Shown: one piece after another, positions 12,901 through 25,184 of the stretch
Numbering within the stretch: position 1 is the first letter of the stretch
Layout: every line of letters begins with the position of its first letter
Assembly (NCBI GenBank): GCA_030390025.1
Contig: JASTWF010000034.1
Location: 3,782,001-3,846,000, forward strand
DNA length: 64,000 nucleotides
From: Squalus acanthias
Taxonomy: Eukaryota
Reading direction: 5' to 3'
Made by a program: the position numbers and the translations under genes
The notes under the pieces: generated by a model
The model's input: the letters and a program-made list of their open reading frames with translations, nothing else
What the model was told of the DNA's origin: nothing
Database searches by the model: none

Positions 12901-14060
12901 AGGGAGCTTTACTCTGTATCTAACACGTGCTGTACATGCCCTGGGAGTGTTTGATGGGACAGTGTAGAGGGAGCTTTACGCTGTATCTAACACATGCTGT
13001 TCCTGCCCTGGGAGTGTTTGGCGGGACAGTTTAGAGGGAACTTTACTCTCTGTCAAACATGTTCTGACATGCCCTGGGAGTGTTTGATGGGACAGTGTAG
13101 AGTGAGAATTACTTTGTATCTAACCTGTGCTGAAACTGCCCTGGGTGTGTTTGATGGGACATGGTAGAGGGAGCTTTATTCAGTTTCTAATCCTTTGCTG
13201 TACTTGCCCTGCGAGTGTTTGATGGGATAGTGTAGAGGGAGCTTTACTCTGTATCTTACCCATGCTGTACAAGCCCTGGGAGAGTTTTATGGGACAGTGC
13301 AGAGTGCTTTACTCTGTATCTAACCAGTGCTGTACCTGCCCTGGGAGTGTTTGATGGGACAGTGTTGAGGGAGCTTTACTCTGTATCTAACCCGTGCTGT
13401 TCCTGCCCTGGGAGTGTTTGATGGGACAGTGTAGAGGGAGCGTTACTCTGTATCTGACCAGTGCTGTACCTGCCCTGGGAGCGTTTGATGGGACAGTGTA
13501 GAGGGAGATTTACTCTGTATCTAACCCGTGCTGTACCTGCCCTGGGAGTGTTTGATGGGACAGTGTTGATGCAGCTTTATTCTGTGTCTAACTCGTGGTC
13601 TGCCTGTCCTGGACGGGTTTGAAGGGACAGTGTAGGGGGAGCTCGACCCTGTATCAAACATGGTCTGCACTAGCCATGGGAGTGTTTGATGCGACCGTGC
13701 AGAGATGAGCTTTACTCTGTATCTAACCTGTGCTGTACCTGCCCTGTGAGAGTTTGTTGGGGCAGTGTAGAAGGAGCTTTACTCTGTATCTAACCTGTGC
13801 TGTACCTGCCCTGAGATAGTTTGATGCGGCAGTGTAGAAGGAGCTTTACTCTGTATCTAACCTGTGGTGTACGTGCCCTGTGAGAGTTTGATGGGCCAGT
13901 GTAGAGGGACCTTTACTCTGTATCTAACCTGTGCTGAAACTGCCCTGGGTGTGATTGATGGGACAGTGCTGAGGGAGATTTACACTGTGTCTAAGTCGTG
14001 TTGTGCCTGTCCTGGGAGAGTTTGATGGGGCAGTGTTGGGGTAGATTTACTCTGCCTCTG
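9985..14060. repeat. 67-bp satellite array interrupted by a CR1 insertion
   Basis: Same unit as 1-768, dozens of diverged copies. Confidence 0.92.
12212..12853 (+). mobile_element. CR1 LINE 3' fragment inserted in the satellite
   Basis: ORFs 12215-12415 and 12422-12682 (LYRALVRPHL, FTQRVVNLWNSLP); 3' hairpin and TATGTTTC tail; TCAAAC on both sides. Confidence 0.9.
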
Positions 14061-14685
14061 ACCTATTCTGCCCAATTGGTTTGTGCCGGTGTTTATTCCC
14101 CACACAAGCCTCCTCTCACCCCTCTTCATCTAATTCTATTAGCATAACCTTATATTCCTTTCTCCCTCATGTGTTTATCTAGCTTCTCCTTAAATGCATC
14201 TGTACTATCCGCCTCCACTACTCCCTGTGGTAGCGAGTTCCACATTCTCACCTCTCTTTGTGTGAAGAATTTCTCCTGAATTCTCCATTGGATTTATTAG
14301 TGACTATCTTATATTGATGATCTCCAGTTTTGGACTCCCACAAGTGGAAACATTTTCTCTACGACCACCCTTTATAACCTTCTCATAATCTTAAAGACCT
14401 CTCCGGTCATCCATCAGCATTCTCTTTCTTCAAGAGAAAAGAGACCCAGCCTGTTCAGTCTTTCCTGATAAGTATATCCTCTCAGTTCTAGGATCATCCT
14501 TACAAATCTCCTTCTCCAGTGCCTCTATATTAAGAACATAAGAAATAAGAGCAGGTTTAGGCCATTGTGCCCCTCATAATAATATGGAGAGCAGAGCTTT
14601 TCACAGTACTCCAAGTATGATCTAACCCAGGGTCAGTACAAGTTTAACATAACCTCCCTGCTTTGCAATTCTATCCCTCTGGAAA
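14060..14685 (-). mobile_element. Old degenerate CR1 3' fragment
   Basis: Similar to 790-1200 (GGTAGCGAGTTCCACATTCTCACC). Confidence 0.7.
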
Positions 14686-16895
14686 TACCCCACGCCCCTC
14701 ACTGTAACACTTTGTGATATACTCCATTTCCCTCGCTGTAACACTCTGATATACCCGACACCCCTCAATGTAACACACTGATATAACCCCAGACCCCTGA
14801 CTGTAACACTCTGTTATACACCACACCCCTCCCTGTAACACTCAGATATGCCCAACACTGGTCATTGCATTACTCTGATGTACCCCACACCCGTAACTGT
14901 AGCACTCTGATGCAAACCCACTCCCCTGACTACAACACTCTGATATACCCCGCACATGCCTTCATGTAACACACCGATATACCCCACACCCCTTATGGTA
15001 ACACTCTGATATACGCCGCTCCCCTCAATTTAACACTCTGATATACCTCACACACCTCATTAACACTCTGATATACCCCATAATTTAATCCTCTTACATA
15101 TTTCAAACCTCTCACTGTAACAGACCGATATACCCCACTCACATCCCTTTAACACTCTGATATACCCCACACCATTCACTTAAATTCTCTTACATATCCC
15201 AAACCTCTCACTGCAACAGACCGATATACCCAACTCACCTCCCTTTAACACTCTGATATACCCCACACCCTTCGCTGTAACAATTTGATATACCCCACAC
15301 CCTCACTGCAATAGTCTGATGTACCCCACACCCATCACTGTAATAATCTGATATACCCCACACCCCTCAATATAACACACTCATATAAACCACACCCCTC
15401 ACTGTAACACTCTGATATACCCCACACTCCTGATTAAACACTCTCTTACATACCCCAAGGAAGGCAAATGGTATGCTGGCCTTCATTACAAGAGGATTTG
15501 AGTACAGGAGTAAACAGGTCTTAATCCCTTGCTATCGGACCTTGGTGAGACCGCACCTGGAGTACTGTTAACAATTTAGGTCTCCTTACCTTATTAAAGA
15601 AATACTTGCCATAGAGGGAGTGCAACGAAGGTTCACGAGATTGATTCCTGGGAAGGCGGGACTGTGGTATGAGAAGAGATTGAGTAAACTAGGCCTGTTT
15701 TCTCTTGAATTCAGAAGAATGAGTGGGGATTTCATTGAAGCATAAACAATTATTACAGGGCTTTAAGGTTGGATGCTGGGAGAATGTTTCTCTTGGCTGG
15801 GGAGTCTAGAAACAGGGGCCACAGACTTATGATAAAGGGTAGGCCATTCAGGACTGAGATGAGAAACATAGAAACATAGAAGATAGGAGCAGGAGTCGGC
15901 CATTCGCCCCCTCGAGCCTGCTCCGCCATTCAATGCGATCATGGCTGATCGTCCAAATTCAGTACCCTGTCCCTGCTTTCTCCCCATATCCCTTGATCCC
16001 TTTAGCCTTAAGAAATATATCTAACTCTAATAAAGACATTTCTTCACACAGAGGGTGGTGAATCTTTGGAATTCTCTACCCCAGAGTGCTGTGGAAATCA
16101 GTCATTGGGAATATTCAAAACAGAAGTCGATAGATTTCTGACTACTAAGGGCATCAAGGGATATCGAGATAAGGCAGGTGAATGGAATTGAAGCAGAAAA
16201 TCAGCCATGATCTCATTGAATGGCGGAGCAGACTCAAGGGGCCGAATGGCCTACTGCTGCACCGATTTCTTACATTCTTATGTTCTTAAACCTCTCACTG
16301 TAACACAATTTTACCCCACACCCCTCACTGTAACACTCTCTGATATACTCCATACCCCTCACTGTAACACTCTGATATACTCCACACCCCTCACTGTAAC
16401 ACTCTGTGATATACCCCACACCCATCACTGTAATACTCTATGATATACTCCATACCCCTCGCTGTAACACTCTGATATACCCAACACCCCTCAATGTAAA
16501 ACACTCATATAAACCCACACCCCTGATTGTAACACTCTGTTATACACCACACCTCTCACTGTAACACTGTGTTAATTAACCCAACACCGCTCATTGTATT
16601 ACTCTGATGTACCCCACACCCCTCACGGTAGCACTTTGATGTAAACCCACTCCCCTGACTACAACACTCTGATATACCCCACACACCCCTCACTGTAAAT
16701 ATCTATATACCCAACACCCTTTACTGTAACACTCTGATGTAAACCCACGCCCCTGACTATAACACTCTGATATACCCACACATCCCTTACAGTAACACAC
16801 TGATATACCTCACACACCTCTCTGTACCACTCTGATATAACCCTTACTTTAATCCTCTCTTACATATTCCAAACCTCTCACTGTAACAGACCGAT
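14686..16895. repeat. ~32-bp minisatellite (CCCCACACCCCTCACTGTAACACTCTGATATA)n split by CR1 fragments
   Basis: Diverged tandem copies at 14686-15457 and 16290-16895; inverted paralogs at 51.35-52.2, 55.0-55.4 and 60.3-60.56 kb. Confidence 0.88.
15458..16287 (+). mobile_element. CR1 3' fragment containing a nested antisense CR1 tail (15864-16030)
   Basis: GGCAAATGGTATGCTGGCCTTCATT...hairpin; nested AAACATAGAAACATAGAAGATAGG; same nesting in the paralog at 55.4-60.3 kb. Confidence 0.85.
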
Positions 16896-17369
16896 TGTTG
16901 ACCGATTGCTGACAGACTGTTGTCACTGCCACTTCAATCCCCTGGGCTTCAATTTTGGTAATATGTGATATTTATCAAGCACATTTTGTAATGATTGGGA
17001 AATTGGGAAAGTGTGACAAGTATCAATCATACAACGATAGAATTGGAGATCCAAGTGGTGTTGACAATTTGTTTAGCGTACTTGACGCCCCGCTCTGATC
17101 ACAGGCCTCATCTGGTTTCAATCAATGAATTATAAAATCATTGATTTTAATCCTATTTTATTATTTCTATGTATTTGTTCTCAGGCTAGGGGTGGCGCTG
17201 TCAAGGCCGGTATCACTTGCCCATCCCTAGTTACCCATGAGAAAATGGTGGGCCTTCATCTTGATCCGCTGCAGTCCGCGTGGTGATGGTGCTCCCCCAA
17301 TACTGTTGTGGAAGGAATTTCAGCATTTTGAACCAGTAACGATGAAAGAACGGTGATATTTTTGAAGGG

Positions 17370-17780
17370 TACGGTAGCATAGTGGTTATGTTGCTGGACT
17401 AGTAAACCAGATAACTGTACAAATGATCCAGAGACATGTGCTCAAATCCCTCCAGCTGCGGGAATTTAAATTTGATTAATTAAACAAATCTGGAATGAAA
17501 AGCTTGTGTCAATAATGGTGACCATGAAAGTACCGGATTGTCGTAAAAACCCACATGGTTCACTTATGGCCTTTCGGGAAGGAAATCTGCCACTCTCACC
17601 TGGTCCGGTTGAAATGTGACTCCAGACCCATTGCAATGTGGTTAACTCTTACCTGGCCTCTGAAATGGCCCACAAGACACTCGCTTGTCTCAGGCGGCTC
17701 ACCACCACCTGCTCAAGGGCAATTAGTGATGGGCAATAAATGCTGGCCTTGTCAGCGACGCCCACATCCCAAGAATTAGT
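17370..17780 (+). mobile_element. tRNA-derived SINE with LINE-type 3' tail
   Basis: A-box-like GGTAGCATAGTGGTTA, degenerate B box, and 3' end GGCAATAAATGCTGGCCTTGTCAGCGACGCCCACATCC shared with the LINE at 43.7-45.0 kb. Confidence 0.65.
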
Positions 17781-18099
17781 TATTCAAATGATTTATTAAG
17801 TGTCAATGATTGAAAACGCATTATAATGGTCATAATGATTTATAAACGGTTATAAAAGATCTGTAAGGTGGTGTATTGATTTTAAAGGTTTATAATGACT
17901 AATAAATTCCTTGTGCCGGGCCATCTCCTCCCCAGGCTGGGCTGCTCGGGGTCCTGTGGGCTGGGCTGGGCCGTGCTGTTCCGCCTCGCCGCCCGCACTC
18001 ACAGTAACCGGGACTCCAACTGCTCCCGCCATCCGGACACTCGCCTCCCGCCGCCAGGGAAAGACCCAGAGTGACTGCCGCAATCCGTGTGCGGAACCC

Positions 18100-18236
18100 A
18101 AAGCCGCAATCTTTGTGCGGGGCCCCAGAGCCGCCATCTTTGTGCTGGACCCCGGATCCGCCATCTTTGTGCGGATCCCCAGAGCCGCCATCTTTGTGCG
18201 GGGCCCCAGAGCTGCCATCTTTGTGCGGGGGGCCAC
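18100..18236 (-). repeat. 27-bp GC-rich tandem repeat carrying the AAGATGGCGG (YY1-type) motif, 5 copies
   Basis: GCCGCCATCTTTGTGCGGGGCCCCAGA units just downstream of the GPCR stop. Confidence 0.85.
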
Positions 18237-18290
18237 ATTATCAGGCCCAGGGAACTGTCAACTCTCAGGCTGCAAAGTCTCCGCTTCTTC

Positions 18291-19192
18291 TCATCCTTTA
18301 ATGAATTTTACAATCAGAGTAAAGGGATATTTCCCCAAATTCTTCAACTGCTCTCTGAACTTAGTCTGGGTCACGGCATAAATCCCAGTGTTTGTGCAGC
18401 AACTCAGCAGCTGCAGCATGAATCCCAGTTCCATTACATAATACGGTAGATTTACAGACCGATACCCCAAATACCACATCCGGCTCCATATAGAATACAC
18501 CATAAACACTGCCCATAACAGGATGAAATTGCCGGAGATAACAAGCAGTAAAATGATGGATTTCCTGCGGCTCTCCATCTCTGGGTCTCTGGGACTCTCC
18601 CCACTGCTGGGACCCCGGAGTCTCCTGCGGGCTCTGCTGGCCACTAAAATGTGTCTGACGGTGACAGCATTGAGCAGCAGAATCACCACAAATGGGACAC
18701 ACGGGGTGAGAATATAATGAAGGAGCTCGATTGTTGTCCAGACCCGTGACAACCGAACATCCTCTGTGACATCACAAAACCAGGGGATGTTCTGAAGCCA
18801 ATACCGATCTGTGAACATAAAATACCAGGGGATGTTCTTTAAACCGCTCAGCACAGTCACTGTTCCCAGAACCACAGCCGCCGTTTTCTCGGTGCAATAT
18901 TTAGTTTTCAGCTTCTGGCAACAAATGGCCACAAATCGATCAAAGGTGAAAGTGACGGTGAACCAGACAGAACAGTCTGTGGCTGCGAACAGCAGGACGG
19001 CGTGGATATTACACACGGGGATGGAGTCCACGAAATAAAACTGTTCACTATAAACAATGGGAATGTGCCTCAATATCAGGTCGAGGATAACGACCAGTAG
19101 ATCCGCCGCTGCCATGGCCACCAGGTAGCGAGTGACACATTTGGAGAGACCGCACTTTCCCCGAGACAGGATCACAATCGTCACTAAGTTCA
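18291..19192 (-). CDS. Orphan class A GPCR (GPR139/GPR142-like), coding exon 2 (end of TM1 to C-terminus)
   Basis: Open frame with YLVAMAAADLL (TM2), TFDRFVAIC (DRY-like), ECL2 cysteine, CCTNTGIY (NPxxY-like); polypyrimidine tract and cacAG acceptor at 19194-19193; phase 1. Confidence 0.9.
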
Positions 19193-20502
19193 CTGTGAGG
19201 AAGGGAAATAAACAGGGAAATTATTCATCAGGCTGGGAGCAAAAGCAGCAGTTTGAGGGAATTCGGGGTGAAATCTGCAACTCACGAGCGACATTGAATG
19301 ATATAATCTAATCCTATTACCTGTGGAGCTGAATACAGGGCTTATTGTAAGAATAATCGGCAATACATTGTGGAATCAATAACTGAAATGGGAATAAATA
19401 CAATATGAAAGTAACAGATGTTTGATCAAGGAGAGATTAAATGATCGATCTACATTTAGCCCAGCAGACAAAAGCACCGCCCGAGGTACCAGGGACACAA
19501 AGGACCAGACCCTCTCAGGAAGCCTTCGTGTCCCGGGATCAGTCAGCATTTGGAGCGGTGCAGTTCGCTTCTGTGCCCCTGTGTTCGGGAGGGGGAAATC
19601 CCGCTTGGATTCCTGCTCCTGGTCAGAATATCCATTCTATTTAGAACTGAAAATGAATGCAACAGCAAAATACAGAAACTGCAACCTTGGCATGCAATAA
19701 TTACAGGCAATTGTATGTAAAATGTACGGATGTAATACGACAATGCTAAGATAATAAATACAAGTACACTGCAGTTATAAAGATAACTGGGCTATCAGAT
19801 ATGTTTTGGAGATTGAGTTTACTGCATTTTTGTTGAAATACTCAAATTCTAGCTCATTGAAAGGAAGATTTGCCAAGTAACATTGCAAATAATGGATTCT
19901 GAATTAAAGTAAATAGTGATGATTGACCAGGTAATGTCCCACTAAATGCATTTATCAGCATCGAAATCAGACAAATTAGCCCACAGGCAAAGTGCCGCCG
20001 AATGCTGTTGTGAAGTATCTGAACACAAATTGAAGAGATTTATCCTTGAACTTTTCACCTGTTGTTTCCAACTTGTGCAAAGAATATTAGACGAGAAGAT
20101 ATCAAAGGATGTTCTTATCCTCAGTACTTCAGTTACAATCAGCTGGGATTGTTTATCCTGAAGTACAGCAGGAGGCAATCGAGAATCACTCTCGGTCTCA
20201 CTGACAGATCCACTGAACTGTGACAGACGGGCATGGGATCCAATTGTAAATTCAAAACAATGATCAGAAAGAAATGCATTGAAATCTGGCTGAATGAACG
20301 TTTTGTGAGAATGTAATTTATCCATTTAATCCGACTTTAACCATCAGAAGCAGTGCCAATAATGCAGAACTGGAGAGGGTGGGAAAGGAGACACTGACTG
20401 GAACTGAATGATTAGCAGATATTTCAGACATTTAAAGAGGTGGATGTGATCTGCCGGGATTTGTTCCTGTGACTCTGTAAGTAACCATACCGAGCATTAG
20501 GT

Positions 20503-20645
20503 GAAAACAAACACAAAATACTGCAGATACTGGAAATCTGAAATGAAAACAGAAAATGTTGGAAATACGCTGCGGGTCAGACAGCATCTGTGGAGAGAGA
20601 GAGAAACAGAGTTACCGTTTCAGGTCGATGGCCTTTCGCCATTAG
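20503..20645 (-). mobile_element. Penelope-like element terminal fragment (decayed hammerhead core)
   Basis: Reverse complement GACCTGAAAC...CAGATGCTG...TTTCAGATTTCCAG; same family as 25040-25170; paralog at 48255-48400. Confidence 0.6.
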
Positions 20646-22257
20646 GTGAAAAGTCTCCTAAACCAAGACAGCATTCTTCTGACCTGATATTAATGTTCAG
20701 TGTCGGTAGCAGATTGAAATTCGTTAAATAAAGAGTCACCACCAATAAATTTACTTGAGTTGAACATTTGAATCTTGGTAACACAAAATCACCTTCAGAA
20801 TCAACAGCTGACAGCAGCGTGGATGGGATGGGGAACGACAGAGAGAGAAACACAGATAATCATGGGGGGAAAAATCGGTTGGTTAGCACCTCCCCTGAGC
20901 ACCTTCGGGGGGAGGGGTAACGGGGCGATAGGCGCTTAGCGCCCGAGCGCGGCTATTTTAGCGCCGCTCATGAAATTGACCAGTCATTTTGCGCTGGCAC
21001 TGAACACTGCCGCCACGATCTCCTGCGCCTGCAGATCGTGACATCAGTCGAGCGTGCAATGCCCTGGTAGCACCCCGGACTGAAAATTGAGTCGCGTCCC
21101 CTGCCTTAGCGCCTGCCGCTAGGAACGACACGTAGATGGGGAATGTTTTCAAGTCGGGAAGGGGCTGGGGGAGCGCTAATTAAAGGCGGTTGCCTCCTGC
21201 CGTTTCTTGTCGGCGAAATTTTTGTTAGATGCCGGTTGAGAGACGTCTGGAGAGATTCGACGCTCACCGAAGGAGTTTTGGGTCCTGAGCACCAATTTGG
21301 AGGTTTATTTTTATTTCACCTTCCTTCTAACGATATTAAGAAGCTTCGATGGGGGCTGCACTAACTTGGGGCGTCATCGTCCAGCTTCACCTTCGGAGGC
21401 AGCAGAGGCGCAGAGAGAGAGAGAGAGTTTTGGCAAACGCGACCAGAGGGTGTGTGACCACAGACAGCTCATACTCGCCGTTAATGCCCGCTATCCTGGC
21501 AGCAGCCACAATGCTTTTATTCTGCGCCAGACCGGTGTTGCACACATCTTCCAACCACCGTGTCAACCTAGTGGATGGCTCCTCGGAGACAAGGGTTATC
21601 CACTCTGCGTCTGGCTGATGACACCGTTCCATAACCCCAACACCCCTGCCGAACTGCAATACAATGAGAGCCATAGCGCCACCAGGAACATGATAGAGCA
21701 GGCGTTCGGTGTCTTGAAACAACGGTTCCACTTTCTAGATCACTCAGGAGGAGCCCTGCAATACTCTCCCGAGCGAGTCTCCCTCTTGATTGTTGTGTGC
21801 TGCATGCTTTATAACATTGCAATCATGAGGACCCAACCATTGCCACCAGGGATTGGTGCACCCCCTGAGGAGGAGGAAGAGGGAGAGGAGGAGGAGGATG
21901 AGTAGCAGGAGGATGAAGAGGAGAATCAGCAGCACCAACGTGGGAGGGAGGTGCACAATGTTGCCACTGAAAGGGCCGTCCGTGAACGGCTCATAAGACA
22001 CCGATTCTAACCCCTTACTGAGAAGATGGCTTCTGGGATGAAGAAGCACATCATTGAAAGCATCCCGCACCCCCTATTGCTGAACAAAGCTGCAGTGAGT
22101 CAAATCAGAAAAGATGTAAAGTAACAATTAAAAAAATTAGTTGTGTTACCAACTCTGTGTCATTTATTCAGGACAAACAAATTGAAACAAACACAACAAT
22201 TCATGAACTAACAAAACTCGTTCTCACAACATGGAGATGAGCGGGAAAACTGTCAAG

Positions 22258-23552
22258 AAATAGTTGAATAGCCATTACTGTGTGCAGCCATGTGTTTGGC
22301 AGAGGTGCCTACCATAGTTGAATAGCCATTACTGTGTACAGACATGTGTTTGGCAGAGGTGCCTACCATAGTTGAATAGCCATTACTGTGTGCAGACATG
22401 TGTTTGGCAGAGGTGCCTATCATAGTTGAATAGCCATTACTGTGTGCAGCCATGTGTTTGGCAGATGTGCCTACCATAGTTGAATAGCCATTAATGTGTG
22501 CAGCCATGTGTTTGGCAGAGGTGCCTATCATAGTTGAATAGCCATTACTGTGTGCAGACATGTGTTTGGCAGAGGTGCCTATCATAGTTGAATAGCCATT
22601 ACTGTGTGCAGACATGTGTTTGGCAGAGGTGCCTATCATAGTTGAATAGCCATTACTGTGTGCAGCCATGTGTTTGGCAGAGGTGCCTATCATAGTTGAA
22701 CTAGCCATTACTGTGTGCAGCCATGTGTTTGGCAGAGGTGCCTACCATAGTTGAATAGCCATTACTGTGTGCAGCCATGTGTTTGGCAGAGGTGCCTATC
22801 ATAGTTGAATAGCCATTACTGTGTGCAGACATGTGTTTGGCAGAGGTGCCTACCATAGTTGAATAGCCATTACTGTGTGCAGACATGCTTTTGGCAGAGG
22901 TGCCTACCTAGTTGAATAGCCATTACTGTGTGCAGCATGTGTTTGGCAGAGGTGCTATCATAGTTGAATAGCCATTACTGTGTGCAGCCATGTGTTTGGC
23001 AGAGGTGCCTATCATAGTTGAATAGCCATTACTGTGTGCAGCCATGTGTTTGGCAGAGGTGCCTATCATAGTTGAATAGCCATTACTGTGTGCAGCCATG
23101 TGTTTGGCAGAGGTGCCTATCTTAGATGAATAGCCGTTACTGTGTGCAGCCATGTGTTTGGCAGATATGCCTATCATAGTTGAATAGCCATTAATGTGTG
23201 CAGACATGTGTTTGGCAGATATACCTATCATAGTTGAATAGCCATTACTGTGTGCAGCCATGTGTTTGGCAGATGTGCCTATTATAGTTGAATAGCCATT
23301 ACTGTGTGCAGACATGTGTTTGGCAGATGTGCCTATTATAGTTGAATAGCCATTACTGTGAGCAGCCATTGTTTGGCAGATGTGCCTATCATAGTTGAAT
23401 AGCCATTACTGTGTACAGCCATGTGTTTGGCAGATGTGCCTACCACAGCTGAATAGCCATTACTGTGTACTGCCATGTGTTTGGCAGATGTGCCTACCAC
23501 AGCTGAATAGCCGTTATTATGTGCAGCCATGTGTTTGGCAGATGTGCCTCCC
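22258..23552. repeat. 54-bp minisatellite (ATAGTTGAATAGCCATTACTGTGTGCAGCCATGTGTTTGGCAGAGGTGCCTATC)n
   Basis: About 24 near-identical copies. Confidence 0.95.
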
Positions 23553-23557
23553 ATTGT

Positions 23558-23910
23558 ATATTTTTATTCGTTTATGGGATGTGGGCTTCACTGGCATGGC
23601 GAGCATTTATTGCCCATCCCTATTTGCCCTTGAGAAGGTGGTGGTGAGCTGCCTTCTTCAACCGCTGCAGTCCGTGTGGTGAAGGTACTCCCACATTGCT
23701 GTTAAGTAGGGAGTTACAGGATTTTGACCCAGCGATGATGAAGGATCGGCGATATACTTCTAAGTCAGGATGGTGTGTGACTTGGAGGGGAACTTGAAGG
23801 TAGTGGTGTTCCCATGCGCCTGCCCTTGTCCTTCCAGGTGGAAGAGGTCGCGGGTTTGGGAGGTGCTGCCGAAGAAGCCTTGGTGAGTTGCTGTAGTGTA
23901 TCTTGTTGAA
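23558..23910 (-). mobile_element. 3' end of an L2/CR1-superfamily LINE (family of 43.7-45.0 kb)
   Basis: GCATTTATTGCCCATCCC...GAGAAGGTGGTGGTGAGC is the reverse complement of 44750-44990. Confidence 0.75.
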
Positions 23911-24494
23911 TAGCAGTTAATGTGTGCAAGGTGTGGGATGTGGATGTGTGTTTTATGAAATGGCCATAGGTTTGAATGAGTGTTGGGCATTTGGGTTTGT
24001 GAACCCTCTGGGCAAAGAGTGAAGTTGAGATGGAGGGATGTCGAGGTTTGGAAAAGCAGGTACTCACCCTGACCGCCCGAGTGAGCTCGTTGAACTTCTT
24101 CTGACATTGGGTGTGGGTCCTGGGCACCAGGCCCCTCGGGGAGATGTGCTGAGCCACCTCCCTCCACACTCTTCTAAACTCCCGGGGCAATGGCCTCCTG
24201 TGCCTCACAGGGAACAACACTGCCCATCGCCGTTCCACAGCGCCAACAAGAGCCACCAAAGCCTTGTCGCTCAAGCCACGAGCTCTTTCTCTGGGCCTCT
24301 CCATTATTTTGAATTAATAACTGGACATTGATCCTTACTAGGAACGCCGAGAGCAGTGAGGAGGGGATAGTACATATTTTGTATATCATAACATATTCCT
24401 AATATCCTAAACACTTCTCCCCAATCTATGCCTTCGCTTCTGTGAGTGTCTGGTGGTCTTTGTGCTGGGGGCAGCGCGCTGACTGTGTGAGGTG

Positions 24495-24628
24495 ATGATG
24501 TGGAGATGCCGGCGTTGGACTGGGGTGGACAAAAATGAGAAGTCGCACAACACCAGGTTATAGTCCAACAGATTTATTTAATTTTACAAGCTTTCGAAGC
24601 AGTTCGCTCCTTCGTCAGGTAAGTTAGC
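24495..24628 (-). mobile_element. Penelope-like terminal repeat fragment
   Basis: Minus strand: hammerhead motif followed by AATAAATCTGTTGGACTATAACCTGGTGTTGTG...CCCCAGTCCAAC. Confidence 0.65.
24584..24622 (-). ncRNA. Minimal type I hammerhead ribozyme, core intact
   Basis: Minus strand UUAC-CUGACGA-A-GGAGC-gaacu-GCUUC-GAAA-GCUU-GUAA: stem I UUAC/GUAA, 5-bp stem II, palindromic AGCU helix III. Confidence 0.7.
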
Positions 24629-24899
24629 AATGAGAGAATCTCCCAGATCCAGCAATGCCTCCTTCCTCTTTGGGCCAGAAATGCACCAATCAAGAAAGTT
24701 CTCTTGAACTCACTAAGGAAATTCTTTTCCCTCTCTTCCCTTTATACGATTACTATCTCAGTCTATATTAGGATAACTGAAGTCCCCCATTATTACCACT
24801 CTATATTTCTTCCACCTCTCTGCAATTTCCCTGCAAATTTGCTCCTCTATTTCCTTCCCACTCGTTGGTGGCCTATAGAAGCGTTTTACAGCCAATGAT

Positions 24900-25170
24900 T
24901 CTGCCATTCCCATTGGGAACATTTAACCTCTCCTGCCTTCCACCCTATCACAGACCATCTCTTTTGTTCATTCCTCCCTCTCCCCTTACCCTGCCCCTAC
25001 ACCTGCTTACAATCTGTTACATCTCTAACTTTTTCCAGTTCTGCCGAAGGGTCACAGACCTGAAACGTTAACTCTGTTTCTCTCTCCACGGATGCTGCCT
25101 GACCTGCTGAGTGTTTCCAGCATTTTTTGTTGTTATTTCAGATTTCCAGCATCTGCAGTATTTTGCTATT
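24900..25170 (+). mobile_element. Penelope-like 3' terminal fragment with a mutated hammerhead (25037-25073)
   Basis: AGUU-CUGCCGA-A-GGGUC-aca-GACCU-GAAA-CGUU-AACU, then GATGCTGCCTGACCTGCTGAG...TTTCAGATTTCCAGCATCTGCAG. Confidence 0.65.
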
Positions 25171-25184
25171 GCAAGGTCGAAGAT

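Larger units (their letters stand above)
6200..22030. repeat. Left arm of a large inverted segmental duplication
   Basis: Collinear reverse-complement homology with ~46380-61580: unique block 6.2-6.7 kb, satellites, nested CR1, unique 16.9-17.2 kb, YY1 array, GPCR exon 2, intron 19.2-20.86 kb, Harbinger relic. Confidence 0.88.
20864..24310 (+). mobile_element. Decayed PIF/Harbinger transposon with internal deletions and later insertions
   Basis: GGGGGGAAAAATCGGTTGGTT terminus; deleted transposase 21350-21905 (LLGDKGYP, EQAFGVLKQRF); convergent Myb/SANT exon 24304-24070 (VWREVA...QCQKKFNEL|GTGAGT). Confidence 0.85.

Noticed and set aside
17850..18449. Overlapping GC-rich ORFs next to the GPCR (also 50409-50939)
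   Set aside because: Arise from the 27-bp repeat and antisense GPCR frames; no domain signal
22253..23554. Regular repeat array resembling a CRISPR array or repeat protein
   Set aside because: Head-to-tail 54-bp units with no unique spacers, no cas genes and a eukaryotic context; the same applies to the 40-, 51-, 33- and 67-bp arrays
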